From positions 313 through 64,312 of the forward strand of contig JAGWIJ010000004.1 in assembly GCA_028873535.1 (NCBI GenBank): a DNA stretch of 64,000 nucleotides, written 5' to 3'. A program made the position numbers and the translations under genes. The DNA is from Pseudomonadota bacterium (GTDB lineage Bacteria; Pseudomonadota; Gammaproteobacteria; Burkholderiales; Ferrovaceae). Within the stretch, counting starts at the first letter, position 1. Each line of letters opens with the position of its first letter. This document shows, in pieces, positions 31,697-43,572 of the stretch. The notes under the pieces are model-generated. The model saw only the letters and a list, made by a program, of their open reading frames with translations, did not search any database and was not told the origin of the DNA.

Positions 31697-33418
31697 TTGC
31701 GTCCGATGCCTTTCGTGTTCCTTCTGCTTCCTCTGCTGCTGCTGTTGAGCGCGTGTGCCGGTGCGCCGCCGCGACCGGCGCCGGTCAGCAGCCCGGCGAT
31801 CCCGCCGGCGCGCCCGGACCTCGCGGCACCCGGCGATCCGCTGGCCCGTGCGCGCAACACCATCACCGCACGTGACCTGCTGACCGGCATCGAGAAGCTG
31901 GCGTCGGATGAATTCGAGGGCCGTGCGCCCGGCACCCACGGCGAAGCCGTGACCGTCGACTGGCTGAAGGCGCGCTTCAAGGCGGTGGGACTGTTGCCGG
32001 CGGGCGAGGGTGGCAGCTGGACCCAGATCGTGCCGATGGTCGCCTACACCTCGCAGCCGCAGCTGACCCTGAGCATCAAGGGCAAGCCGCACGTGCTCGC
32101 GCCACAGCGTGATTTCGTGGCCTGGTCACCGGCGCCACTGTCCGAGGTGGCGGTCGACAATTCGGATGTGGTGTTCGTGGGCTACGGCGTGATCGCCCCG
32201 GAATACGGCTGGAACGACTACAAGGGCATGGACCTGCGCGGCAAGACGCTGCTGATGCTGATCAACGATCCCCAGGTGCCCGACCGCAACCGGCCCGACC
32301 GGCTCGATCCGGCCATGTTCAAGGGCGCGGCGATGACCTACTACGGCCGCTGGACCTACAAGTACGAAATGGCCGCGCGCCTGGGGGCTGCCGCCGTGCT
32401 CATCGTGCACGACACCTCGCTGGCCGCTTACCCCTGGTCGGTGGTGGTCAACAGCTGGGGCCAGGAAAACTACATCCTGCAATCGGCCACGGCCAACTCC
32501 GACTACCCGCTGGTGCCGGGCTGGATCGAAGGGTCGCAGGCCAGGACGGTGCTGGCCGCCGCCGGCTATGACCTCGATGCCCTGCGCGCCCAGGCCGTGC
32601 GCAGCGACTTCCGTCCGGTGAGCCTGCCGATCCGCGCGCGCTTCCGCATCCAGAACCATTGGCGCGAGGTGCGCTCGGCCAATGTGATCGGCCGCATTGC
32701 GGGCAGCGATCCGGCGCTGCGCCATGAGGCGGTGGTCTACACCGCGCACTGGGACCACTTCGGGCGCGACGAGCATCGCAACGGCGATCCCGTCTACCAC
32801 GGCGCCATCGACAATGCCTCCGGCGTGTCGGGCATGCTGCAGATCGCGCAGGCCATGGCGCAGGCGCGGCCTGCACCACGCCGCAGCATCGTGTTCATCG
32901 CCACCACCGCCGAGGAGCGCAACCAGCTCGGGGCGCGCTGGTATGTGCGCCATCCGGTGGTTCCGCTGGCGCGCACGGTGGCCGACATCAACATCGACGG
33001 GCTCAACCCGCTGGGCCGCAGCAGCGGTGTCGATGTGGTGGGCTACGGTGCCAATACCCTCGAGGACACCCTGCTCGACGCGGCGCTGGGCCAAGGGCGC
33101 GAGGTTTTCCCGGAAGCGCGGCCGGATTCCGGCATGGCCTACCGCTCCGATCAGATCGAGTTCGCGCGCGTCGGCGTGCCCACGCTGTTCGTGACCGCCA
33201 ATCTGCGCCTGCGCGGACACAACCTCGCGTATGCGCGCGAACACAGCGAGGACTACGCGCGTCATGCCTACCACACGCCGCTCGACGTGGTGCGCGACGA
33301 CTGGGACCTGAGCGGTGCCGTCGAGGACCTGCAGCTGCTGCTCGATGTCGGCTACCGCACCGCCAATCGCGACGAGCCGCCGCAATGGAAGCCGGGCGCC
33401 GAGTTCCACCGGCCCTGA
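31697..33418 (+). CDS. M28 family metallopeptidase with PA domain, probable lipoprotein
   Basis: A lipobox LLLLSAC is present, along with the M28 signatures HWDHFG and [16 protein letters not shown]. An alternative start lies at 31706. Confidence 0.8.
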   Translation: MRPMPFVFLLLPLLLLLSACAGAPPRPAPVSSPAIPPARPDLAAPGDPLARARNTITARDLLTGIEKLASDEFEGRAPGTHGEAVTVDWLKARFKAVGLLPAGEGGSWTQIVPMVAYTSQPQLTLSIKGKPHVLAPQRDFVAWSPAPLSEVAVDNSDVVFVGYGVIAPEYGWNDYKGMDLRGKTLLMLINDPQVPDRNRPDRLDPAMFKGAAMTYYGRWTYKYEMAARLGAAAVLIVHDTSLAAYPWSVVVNSWGQENYILQSATANSDYPLVPGWIEGSQARTVLAAAGYDLDALRAQAVRSDFRPVSLPIRARFRIQNHWREVRSANVIGRIAGSDPALRHEAVVYTAHWDHFGRDEHRNGDPVYHGAIDNASGVSGMLQIAQAMAQARPAPRRSIVFIATTAEERNQLGARWYVRHPVVPLARTVADINIDGLNPLGRSSGVDVVGYGANTLEDTLLDAALGQGREVFPEARPDSGMAYRSDQIEFARVGVPTLFVTANLRLRGHNLAYAREHSEDYARHAYHTPLDVVRDDWDLSGAVEDLQLLLDVGYRTANRDEPPQWKPGAEFHRP

Positions 33419-33425
33419 AGCCCGC

Positions 33426-34671
33426 TCAGCGCTCCAGCCAGGCGCGTGCGCCGAGTCCCGCAGCCAGTCCGCTGGCAAGACTGGCGGTGAGCAGGTAGCC
33501 GCCGGTCGGCGCCTCCCAGTCGAGCATTTCGCCGGCCACGAACACGCCCGGCCAGGCGCGCAGCATCAGCTGCGCATCGACGGCTTCGCGGCCGACGCCG
33601 CCGGCGCTGCTGATCGCCTCGGCCAGCGGGCGTGCCGCCTGCACGCTGATCGGCAGCGCCTTGATGGTGCGCGCGAGCAGATCGGTCTGCAGGATGCGGG
33701 TCTTGCCCAGCACCTCGAACAGCAGCGCCACCTTGATGCCGGTCAGGCCCAGGCGGCTCTGCAGGTGGCTGGACAGCGAGCGCGCGCCGCGCGGGTGGGC
33801 CACGGCCTCGGCCACGCGCAGCGCGGAATGATCGGGCAGCAGGTCGAGCGTGAAGCCGGCGCGGCCGCCGGCCGCCAGCTGTTCGCGCAGGATGCGCGAA
33901 CATGCGTAGACCAGGCTGCCCTCGACGCCGTGCGCCGAGATCACCAGCTCGCCGCGCTGGCGGTGCACCCTGCCGTGTGCGTCGATGACGTCGAGACAGA
34001 CCGACTTCAGCGGGGCGCCGGCGAAGCGCTCGCGCAGGTGCGCACTCCAGGCCACATCGAAGCCGCAGTTGGCAGCCTGCAGTGGCTGGATCGCCACGCC
34101 TGCCGCCGCCAGCAGCGGCACCCAGCTGCCGTCCGAGCCCAGCTGCGGCCAGCTCGCGCCGCCCAGTGCCAGTACGGTGGCGGACGGCCGCAGCGTGAGT
34201 TCGCTGTGCGCTGACGCCAGGCGCAGGCTGCCGTCGGCAGTCCAGCCCAGCCAGCGATGGCGCGTGTGCAGCTGCACCCCGGCGCTGCGCAGGCGTTGCA
34301 GCCAGCGCCGCAGCAGCGGCGCCGCCTTCATGCCGAGCGGAAAGATGCGTCCCGAACTGCCGACAAAGGTCTCGATGCCCAGGCCCTGCGCCCAATCGCG
34401 CACGGCCTGCGGCGGGAAACGGTCGAGCATGGGCTGCAGCCAGGCCTGGGCGTCACCGAAGCGCGCACAGAACTGCGCCGGATCTTCGGCGTGCGTCAGG
34501 TTGAGGCCACCGATGCCGGCCAGCAGGAACTTGCGGCCGGGCGAGGGCATGGCGTCGTAGAGGTCGACCTCGATGCCAGCCGTGCTCAGTGCCTCGGCAG
34601 CCATCAGCCCGGCAGGGCCGCCGCCGATGACGACAGCCGCTGCGCGCGGGCGCGACCCGGCCGCGCCGGGG

Positions 34672-34679
<8 letters not shown>
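33426..34679 (-). CDS. HI0933/BaiN-like FAD flavoprotein (TIGR03862-type)
   Basis: An FAD fingerprint [16 protein letters not shown] is followed by [16 protein letters not shown], and the C-terminus has [15 protein letters not shown]. Confidence 0.7.
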
Positions 34680-37061
<2,382 letters not shown>

Positions 37062-37331
37062 TCAGGCGTCCTGCGCGACCGGCTCGATCGAAGCGAACTT
37101 GCGCTTCATCGCGCCCTTGGTCGCAAACACCACATGGCCGTCGGCCTTGGCGAACAGGGTGTGGTCCTTGCCGATGCCCACATTGCTGCCCGGATGCACG
37201 CGGGTGCCACGCTGGCGGATGATGATGCTGCCGGCCGACACCAGCTGGCCGCCGTAGGCCTTGACGCCCAGGCGTTTCGCTTCGGAGTCGCGACCGTTGC
37301 GGGAACTCCCGCCTGCCTTTTTGTGTGCCAT
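37062..37331 (-). CDS. rpmA: 50S ribosomal protein L27
   Basis: [24 protein letters not shown]. Confidence 0.97.
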   Translation of the reverse strand: MAHKKAGGSSRNGRDSEAKRLGVKAYGGQLVSAGSIIIRQRGTRVHPGSNVGIGKDHTLFAKADGHVVFATKGAMKRKFASIEPVAQDA

Positions 37332-37354
37332 TGTTCAGTCTTCCTGAAGAAGGA

Positions 37355-37669
37355 TCAGTTGGCCGAGATCGCTTCGATGCGAACTTCGGTGTAGTGCTGG
37401 CGATGCCCCTGGTGCTTCTGGTAGTGCTTGCGGCGGCGCATCTTGAAGATCTTGACCTTGTCATGGCGGCCGTGCGCGATCACCGTGGCGGTGACCTTGG
37501 CGCCGGCAACCAGCGGGCGGCCGATCGTGACATTTTCACCGTCGGCGACCACCAGCACCTGGTCCAGGGCGATCTGCTCGCCGGCTTCGGCGTTCAGCAG
37601 CTCGACTTTCAGCTTTTCGCCGGGGGACACACGGTACTGCTTTCCACCGGTCTTGATGACTGCGTACAT
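37355..37669 (-). CDS. rplU: 50S ribosomal protein L21
   Basis: [23 protein letters not shown]. Confidence 0.97.
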   Translation of the reverse strand: MYAVIKTGGKQYRVSPGEKLKVELLNAEAGEQIALDQVLVVADGENVTIGRPLVAGAKVTATVIAHGRHDKVKIFKMRRRKHYQKHQGHRQHYTEVRIEAISAN

Positions 37670-37725
37670 GGCTAAACCTCGACACCCTGGGCAAACAGGG
37701 GCAAATTGATTGCGTGTAATCCACG

Positions 37726-37754
37726 ATATTAACCTGCGCGCCTGGTTCGCGCAA
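37726..37754 (-). promoter_or_regulatory. Candidate sigma-70 promoter for rplU-rpmA
   Basis: The minus strand has TTGCGC (37754-37749), a 17-nt spacer, then TAATAT (37731-37726). Confidence 0.45.
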
Positions 37755-37767
37755 GGGTCATGCCGCG

Positions 37768-38742
37768 TCAGCTGCTGCGGTTGATCGCCAGTTCTGCCAG
37801 TTCCGCCAGCGCGTCACGGTAGTGGCCGGGCGGCAGCGCTGCCAGGCAGGCGCGGGCGGAATCGGCCTCGCGGCGCGCGCAGCCGCGCGCATAGTCGAGC
37901 GCGCCCGAGCCTTCGATGGCAGCGACCACGGCCGCCAGGTCGGGCAGGCCGCCGTGCTCGCCCAGGATGGCGGTGCGCACCGTGGCGGCCTGGGCCGGCG
38001 TGCCGGCACGCATGACTTCGATCAGGGGCAGCGTCACCTTGCCTTCGGCCAGGTCGTCGCCCAGGTTCTTGCCGGTTTCGGCGGCGTGGCCCGAGTAGTC
38101 GAGCACGTCGTCGACCACCTGGAAGGCGGTGCCGAGGTGCGCGCCGTAGCGCGCCAGCGCGTCCTCGACGGCAGCCGGGGCGCCGGCCAGGATCGCGGCC
38201 AGGCGCGTGGCTGCCTCGAACAGGCGCGCGGTCTTGTAGCGGATCACCTGCAGATAGCGCGCCTCGTCCACGTCGGGATCGTGGCAGTTCATCAACTGCA
38301 GCACCTCGCCCTCGGCGATCACGTTGGTGGCGTCGGCCAGCACTTGCATGATGCGCATCGAATCCAGGCTCACCATCATCTGGAAGGCGCGCGAATAGAC
38401 GAAATCGCCCACCAGCACCGCAGCGGCATTGCCGAACTGCTCGTTGGCGGTCTTGCGGCCGCGCCGCAGTTCGGAGGCGTCGACCACGTCGTCGTGCAGC
38501 AGGGTGGCGGTGTGGATGAATTCGACCACGGCAGCCAGGGTGTGATGGCCCTGGCCCTGGTAGCCCAGCGCGCGTGCCGCCAGCGCGTGCAGCATCGGCC
38601 GCAGCCGCTTGCCGCCCGCCGAAATGATGTATTCGGAGACCTGGCTGACCAGAACCACTTCGGAATGCAGCTGGCTGCGGATCACCGCGTCGATGGCGGT
38701 CATCTCGGGCGCTGCGAGCTGCTGGAGCGTGGATTGGGGCAT
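37768..38742 (-). CDS. ispB: Octaprenyl-diphosphate synthase
   Basis: It is a trans-prenyltransferase with LLHDDVVD and VVDDVLD aspartate-rich motifs. The N-terminus has GGKRLRP. Confidence 0.9.
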   Translation of the reverse strand: MPQSTLQQLAAPEMTAIDAVIRSQLHSEVVLVSQVSEYIISAGGKRLRPMLHALAARALGYQGQGHHTLAAVVEFIHTATLLHDDVVDASELRRGRKTANEQFGNAAAVLVGDFVYSRAFQMMVSLDSMRIMQVLADATNVIAEGEVLQLMNCHDPDVDEARYLQVIRYKTARLFEAATRLAAILAGAPAAVEDALARYGAHLGTAFQVVDDVLDYSGHAAETGKNLGDDLAEGKVTLPLIEVMRAGTPAQAATVRTAILGEHGGLPDLAAVVAAIEGSGALDYARGCARREADSARACLAALPPGHYRDALAELAELAINRSS

Positions 38743-38937
38743 GCGGAAAGGCGGCGGGGGAACAGCGGGTGGCCGGAGCGGCGGATGGAGCCATGGTAGA
38801 AAGTCCCTGCAGGGCCGTCAAATCCGCAAAGCCGGCGCCAACGGGCGCGACCCCCAAGATTCCACTGAAGGGTCTGGATTTTTGGCTCTCTTGCTGTTAC
38901 GATTGAGAGCTTCGTGGCGCTGCAAGCGTTGCGAATT

Positions 38938-39014
38938 CGGGGTGTAGCTTAGCCTGGTAGAGCGCCACGTTCGGGACGTGGAGGCCGGAGGTTCGAATCC
39001 TCTCACCCCGACCA
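38938..39014 (+). tRNA. tRNA-Pro (anticodon CGG)
   Basis: The acceptor stem is CGGGGTG/CACCCCG. The anticodon stem is CCACG/CGTGG with loop TTCGGGA. The T-loop is GGTTCGAATCC. The discriminator is A and CCA is encoded. Confidence 0.93.
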
Positions 39015-39237
39015 GTCTCCCATCTCCCGCAGTTCTCGAGTCGGTCCCAGACCTTCTCCCGCAGCCTCGCAAGGCTGAATCGCAGTGATCGGCGCCGCAT
39101 GCCTGGCCGCCTTGATCCCTCCGTGCCCTGTTGGACGATGTGATCCTCGAACCGCAAGCCGCTGGCACCTGCCTTGGCTTGCAGGCGCGTGCATTGGTGC
39201 GCGTCGTGTCCTTCAGGAGGCCCGTCCGCGGGCACAC

Positions 39238-40596
39238 ATGTCACAGACTTTTGCATCTCTCGAACTTTGCACTCCCCTGCTTCAGGCCGTTGAACGCCTG
39301 GGCTACACCGCACCCACCGCCGTCCAGTCCCAGGTCGTGCCTGCCGCCATGCGCGGTGGCGACCTGCTGGTCAGCAGCCAGACCGGCAGCGGCAAGACCG
39401 CGGCCTTCCTGCTGCCGGTGCTGAACGGCCTGATGGCCGAGGCGCTGGCCGGCCGCATCCTGCCGGGCCGTGCCTCGCCGCTGGCGGTGGTGCTGTGCCC
39501 GACGCGCGAACTCGCCCAGCAGGTGTCGGCCGACGCCATCGAACTGGTGCGTGGCGGTCGTGGCGTGCGCATCGCCACCATCATGGGCGGCATGCCCTAC
39601 GGCAAGCAGATCGCGGCGCTCAAGGGCGCTGCGCTGGTGGTGGCCACGCCGGGCCGTCTGCTCGACCTCTGCAACACGCGTGCGATCCGCCTGGACCAGG
39701 TGCGTTGCCTGGTGGTCGACGAGGCCGACCGCATGCTCGACCTCGGCTTTGCCGACGACCTGCAGGCGATCCATGAGCGCTGCGCGCAGCGCAGCCAGAC
39801 GCTGATGTTCTCGGCGACCTTCGCCGGCCGCGTGATGACGCTGGCCAGCGGCATGACGCGCGATGCCGTGCGCATCGAACTCAACACCGCGCAGGACCGC
39901 CACGACAACATCACCCAGACCCTGCACTGGGCCGACAGCCCGGAACACAAGCGTCGTCTGCTCGACCATTGGCTGTCGGATGTCACGCTCGATCAGGCCG
40001 TGGTGTTCGCCAGCACCCAGGTCGAGAGCGAACAGATCGCCGACGAGCTGCGCGCGCGCGGCTTCCAGGCCAGCGCGCTGCACGGCGCCATGCCCCAGGC
40101 GCTGCGCAACCGCCGGCTCGACGGCCTGCGCCGTGGTCAGACCAAGATCCTGGTGGCAACCGATGTGGCGGCGCGCGGCATCGACGTGCCCACCATCAGC
40201 CACGTGATCAACTTCGGCCTGCCCATGAAGGCCGAGGACTACGTGCACCGGATCGGCCGTACCGGCCGGGCCGGACGCAGCGGCGTGGCGGTCACGCTGG
40301 CCGAACACCGTGAACGCGTCAAGGTGCGCGCCATCGAGCGCTTCACCCAGCAGCCGCTGGACGCCTCGGTGATCGCCGGCCTGGAGCCGCAGCGCAGCGA
40401 GCGTCCGCGTGGTCCTTCCGACAACCGCCGCCCGGGTGGTCCGCGCGCCGGCCATCGCCCGGGTGCACCGCGCGGTGCCGGGGCGCCGCGTGGTCCCGGC
40501 GGTCCCGGCCGCGGCGGCGCGCCGCGCTCGCATGCGCCGGGCGGCAGCCGTGACGGTGTCGCGCGCGCGCCCTCGCGTCGCAGCCAGGAGCACTGA
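39238..40596 (+). CDS. rhlE: DEAD-box ATP-dependent RNA helicase (RhlE-like) with Arg/Gly-rich tail
   Basis: Motifs seen: Q (TAPTAVQ), I (SQTGSGKT), Ia (PTRELA), II (DEAD), III (SAT), VI (HRIGRTGRAG). Confidence 0.88.
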   Translation: MSQTFASLELCTPLLQAVERLGYTAPTAVQSQVVPAAMRGGDLLVSSQTGSGKTAAFLLPVLNGLMAEALAGRILPGRASPLAVVLCPTRELAQQVSADAIELVRGGRGVRIATIMGGMPYGKQIAALKGAALVVATPGRLLDLCNTRAIRLDQVRCLVVDEADRMLDLGFADDLQAIHERCAQRSQTLMFSATFAGRVMTLASGMTRDAVRIELNTAQDRHDNITQTLHWADSPEHKRRLLDHWLSDVTLDQAVVFASTQVESEQIADELRARGFQASALHGAMPQALRNRRLDGLRRGQTKILVATDVAARGIDVPTISHVINFGLPMKAEDYVHRIGRTGRAGRSGVAVTLAEHRERVKVRAIERFTQQPLDASVIAGLEPQRSERPRGPSDNRRPGGPRAGHRPGAPRGAGAPRGPGGPGRGGAPRSHAPGGSRDGVARAPSRRSQEH

Positions 40597-40631
40597 GCGG
40601 CAGCGGCTTCGGCCACCTGGCTGATCGAAAA

Positions 40632-40660
40632 CCCGCCGCGTCCGCGCGGCGGGTTTTTTT
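40632..40660 (+). terminator. Rho-independent terminator after the helicase gene
   Basis: CCCGCCGCG-tccg-CGCGGCGGG followed by TTTTTTT. Confidence 0.85.
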
Positions 40661-40798
40661 GCGCTCGAAATTTGCCAGGAGGCTTCCACGCCCGGCGTCG
40701 CCGGGGCGATGGCGTCCCCGCCTGGCGGCCTCAGGTCGATCGACTGCAGAGCGGCGAGCTCATTCTGAGCGGTGTGCGGACATGACGGAAGCTTCAGT

Positions 40799-40831
40799 TT
40801 GACGTTGCGAATGAGAATGATTATCATTCAT
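40799..40831 (+). promoter_or_regulatory. Sigma-70 promoter overlapped by a Fur box
   Basis: TTGACG (40799-40804), a 17-nt spacer, then TATCAT (40822-40827). GAGAATGATTATCATTCAT (40813-40831) matches the 19-bp Fur consensus GATAATGATAATCATTATC at 14/19 positions. Confidence 0.6.
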
Positions 40832-40861
40832 TTCATCGTCCACGCGTCAAGAGATCCCGTC

Positions 40862-41197
40862 ATGTCACTGCGTCAAACCCTGTCGTCCTGTCTGTTGCTC
40901 GCCCTGATCACGAACCATCCGGTGCTGGCCTCGGATGCCACCGTGCATCTGGTCATCCACGATCACCACTTCCAGCCCGAAGAGCTGCACGCACCGGCTG
41001 ACCGGCCGCTGGTGATCGAAGTCGAGAACCGCGACAGCACCATCGAGGAATTCGAGAGCTACGACCTCGACCGCGAACAGCGCGTCAAGGGCGGCGAAAC
41101 CGGTGCGGTGCGGCTGGGTGCGCTGGCGCGCGGCCGCTATCCCTTCTTCGGCGATTTCCATCGCAAGACCGCCCAGGGCGTGCTGGTGGTGGAGTAA
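40862..41197 (+). CDS. Small secreted cupredoxin-like protein (no Cys copper ligand)
   Basis: A signal peptide (SSCLLLALITNHPVLA|SD) is followed by a cupredoxin-like pattern VHLVIHDHHFQPEELHAPADRPLVIEVENRDSTIEEFES...GRYPFFGDFH...GVLVV. Confidence 0.6.
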   Translation: MSLRQTLSSCLLLALITNHPVLASDATVHLVIHDHHFQPEELHAPADRPLVIEVENRDSTIEEFESYDLDREQRVKGGETGAVRLGALARGRYPFFGDFHRKTAQGVLVVE

Positions 41198-41206
41198 GGG
41201 CACGCC

Positions 41207-41896
41207 ATGATCTTCATTTCACCGTCGGACTATGTGTACACCCCGGTGGTCGAGCCGGGCGAATACGAAATCGACCTCAAGTACGGCAGCGCCCGGCCGC
41301 GCCCCGGTGACGAGCAGCAGGCCGCCAACAGCATCGGATTCGGTGCCACGCCGGGCGAGCGCTGGTTTACCGAGCTGTATGCCAAGTGGCAGCAGAACCC
41401 GGTCGATGGCCATCATTTCGACGCCGTCGAATGGGAGAACCGCTACCAGCTGACCGAGCGTGGCGCCCACGACTACGAACTGGGCATCGTGAGCGAGATC
41501 GAGCGTCCGCACGATCGCAATGACGGCTACGAGTTCAAGGTCGGTGGCATGTACCAGACCCGTCTGGCGCAGCGTTGGGTGGTCAATGCCAATGTGCTGC
41601 TGACCCGCAATTTCAAGGCTGTCCAGGATGTCGGTCCGCAGCTGGGCTATCAGTTCCAGCTCAAGTACCGCCTGGCTGAGCGCTTCGAACCGGGTCTGCA
41701 GGTGTTCGGTGCGCTGGGGGACGCCACGCACTGGCTGCCGGCCAGCCAGCAGTACCACGCTGCGGGACCGGCGCTGTTCGGCGTGCTGCCGCTCGGCGGT
41801 GGCCAACACCTGCGCTATAACGCGGCCTGGCTGCGCGGGCTGACCGAAGGCGCACCGCGCGACACCCTGCGCGTGCAGGTCGAACTCGAGTTCTGA
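41207..41896 (+). CDS. Hypothetical beta-strand-rich protein, OMP-like C-terminus (…VQVELEF), no signal peptide
   Basis: Alternating hydrophobic pattern with aromatic girdle residues and a terminal Phe. It starts 9 nt after, and in the same frame as, the cupredoxin-like ORF (TAA GGG CAC GCC ATG). Confidence 0.45.
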   Translation: MIFISPSDYVYTPVVEPGEYEIDLKYGSARPRPGDEQQAANSIGFGATPGERWFTELYAKWQQNPVDGHHFDAVEWENRYQLTERGAHDYELGIVSEIERPHDRNDGYEFKVGGMYQTRLAQRWVVNANVLLTRNFKAVQDVGPQLGYQFQLKYRLAERFEPGLQVFGALGDATHWLPASQQYHAAGPALFGVLPLGGGQHLRYNAAWLRGLTEGAPRDTLRVQVELEF

Positions 41897-41908
41897 AGCG
41901 GGGCGGCG

Positions 41909-41931
41909 GGCGCCGGCGGCCAGCCGGCGCC
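41909..41931. terminator. GC hairpin between convergent genes (no T-tract)
   Basis: GGCGCCGGC-ggcca-GCCGGCGCC. Confidence 0.3.
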
Positions 41932-41933
41932 GC

Positions 41934-42317
41934 TCAGTGCGCCAGCGCGCGGTAGGTGGCCATGCCGGCGGCAGTCAGCGCGAAGGAGCCGAACAGGTGC
42001 ACCGAGGTGCACGCGAGTGCCCAGCCGAAGCGGCCGTCACCGATCAGGCCGACCACTTCCGCCGAATACGAGGAGAAGGTGGTGAGGCCGCCCAGGAAAC
42101 CCGTGACGATCAGCAGCCGCGCTTCCGGCGGCAGTTCGCCGTGTGCGCTCAGCCAGGCCACCGCGAGACCGATCAGGTAGCCGCCGATCAGGTTGGCCGC
42201 CAGGGTGCCGAGCGGAATGTAGGGAAAGACCGGATTGAAGGCCATGCCGAGCTGCCAGCGCAGCAGGGCACCCAGGGCCGAGCCCAGGCTGACGGCAAGA
42301 ATGGCGAGCAGGTTCAT
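41934..42317 (-). CDS. crcB: Fluoride ion channel CrcB/FluC
   Basis: 127 aa with four TM segments. Contains ALGALLRW and GFLGGLTTFSSY. Confidence 0.9.
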   Translation of the reverse strand: MNLLAILAVSLGSALGALLRWQLGMAFNPVFPYIPLGTLAANLIGGYLIGLAVAWLSAHGELPPEARLLIVTGFLGGLTTFSSYSAEVVGLIGDGRFGWALACTSVHLFGSFALTAAGMATYRALAH

Positions 42318-42357
42318 GCCGCAAGGTTAGCGTGTCGGCCGGCGATGGCAAAGCACC

Positions 42358-43305
42358 TCAGCGACGCACGCCGTGTCCGCCAGTGGCGCCCACCACGGCG
42401 CCGGTGGTGACCAGCAGCGCACCCAGCACGGTTTCGACCGTGAGCGCTTCGCCCAGAAACGGCACTGCCAGCACGGCGGATATCGGCGGCACCAGCGCCA
42501 GCATCAGCGAGGCGCGCGTGGGTCCGATGCGCAGCGTGGCGAAGCTGTAGCAGGTGGCGGCCACGATGCCTGCCACCACGCCCTGGTAGACCGCCTGCAG
42601 CAGGATCTGTCCGCCGGTGGCGGCAGCGAATCCCTTCGGCAGCCACAGCAGATAGACCGGAAGATAGAGCAGCGACGAGCACACCGCGGTATTTGCCGCG
42701 ACCGCGCGCGGATTGATCTGCCAGCGCCGCACCAGTTGACCGAACAGGCCCCACAGCGTGGCCCCTGCCAGGAAGCACGCATCGCCCAGCAGCACCTGCG
42801 AACCGTCACCCAGGCGGAAGGCATGACGGCCGATCATCAGCATGCCGAAGGCGGCGATCACCAGTGCCAGCCAGGACCTGCGCGTCGGATGCTGGCGGAA
42901 CACCAGCCAGCCGATCAGGGTGGTGAACAGCGGGATGCCGCCATTGACCAGCACGCCGGCATGCGCGGCCGGCGCCAGCGAGAACCCGACATAGACCAGC
43001 AGGCCGTAGCCCAGCCCACCGCTGCATGCCAGCGCCAGGCGGCGCGGCAGGGTCAGGGCGGGGTCGCCGACGGTGGGCAGGAACAGCGGCAGCAGCAGCA
43101 GCGCCGAGACGCCGAAGCGCAGCGCCGCCACGTCATAGGGCGTGAGCGGACTGCGCCCGCCCAGGCGCGACACGATGTTGAATCCGCTCCAGCACACCAC
43201 CACCACGCCGGCGGCGATGAATCCCAGGCGCACGCCGGCGCGCTCCTGCTGGCTGGCGGGGCTGGGTGTGGAGCCCGCGGGCGCCTGCAGGTCTGAACTT
43301 GGCAT
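42358..43305 (-). CDS. EamA/DMT family transporter
   Basis: About ten TM segments in two EamA-like halves. Length is 315 aa. Confidence 0.75.
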   Translation of the reverse strand: MPSSDLQAPAGSTPSPASQQERAGVRLGFIAAGVVVVCWSGFNIVSRLGGRSPLTPYDVAALRFGVSALLLLPLFLPTVGDPALTLPRRLALACSGGLGYGLLVYVGFSLAPAAHAGVLVNGGIPLFTTLIGWLVFRQHPTRRSWLALVIAAFGMLMIGRHAFRLGDGSQVLLGDACFLAGATLWGLFGQLVRRWQINPRAVAANTAVCSSLLYLPVYLLWLPKGFAAATGGQILLQAVYQGVVAGIVAATCYSFATLRIGPTRASLMLALVPPISAVLAVPFLGEALTVETVLGALLVTTGAVVGATGGHGVRR

Positions 43306-43350
43306 GGCCTCAGGGTATCATGAGCCCGACCTGGTTCCGAACGCACTCCC

Positions 43351-43572
43351 ATGCTCCTCCGCCTGCTGTTGACGCTGATCGCGATTGTCGTGCTGCTGCG
43401 CCTGCTGGGCTGGCGCCCGCCGGCGCAGCGTCCGCGCGACTTGCCGCCGCCCCCGCCCCAGACCGGCGATCTGGTGCAATGCGCACGCTGCGCGGTCTAC
43501 CTGCCACGCGCCCAGGCACTGGCGCGCGACGGGCTCTGGTACTGCTGCCACGATCATCGCGACGCCGCATGA
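43351..43572 (+). CDS. Small membrane-anchored Cys-rich protein (PP0621-like)
   Basis: An N-terminal TM segment (MLLRLLLTLIAIVVLLRLL) is followed by C-x2-C...CC-x-D-H (CARCAVYLP...YCCHDH). Its stop overlaps the kinase start (ATGA). The family name is from memory. Confidence 0.5.
   Translation: MLLRLLLTLIAIVVLLRLLGWRPPAQRPRDLPPPPPQTGDLVQCARCAVYLPRAQALARDGLWYCCHDHRDAA

Noticed and set aside
39163-39177. A sigma-54-like element TGGCAC-N5-TTGG upstream of the DEAD-box helicase.
   Set aside because: The critical -12 GC is replaced by GG. No enhancer-binding protein or UAS is nearby.
38938-39237. tRNA-Pro as a possible genomic-island integration site.
   Set aside because: There is no integrase, no repeat of the tRNA 3' end downstream, and the flanking genes (ispB, DEAD-box helicase) are core genes.
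42318-42357. A possible fluoride riboswitch upstream of crcB; GGCGATGG is visible on the plus strand.
   Set aside because: The spacer is only 40 nt. The GGCGATGG is on the wrong strand for the minus-strand crcB. The correct-strand sequence lacks the crcB-motif pseudoknot elements. crcB may instead be read through from the EamA gene.
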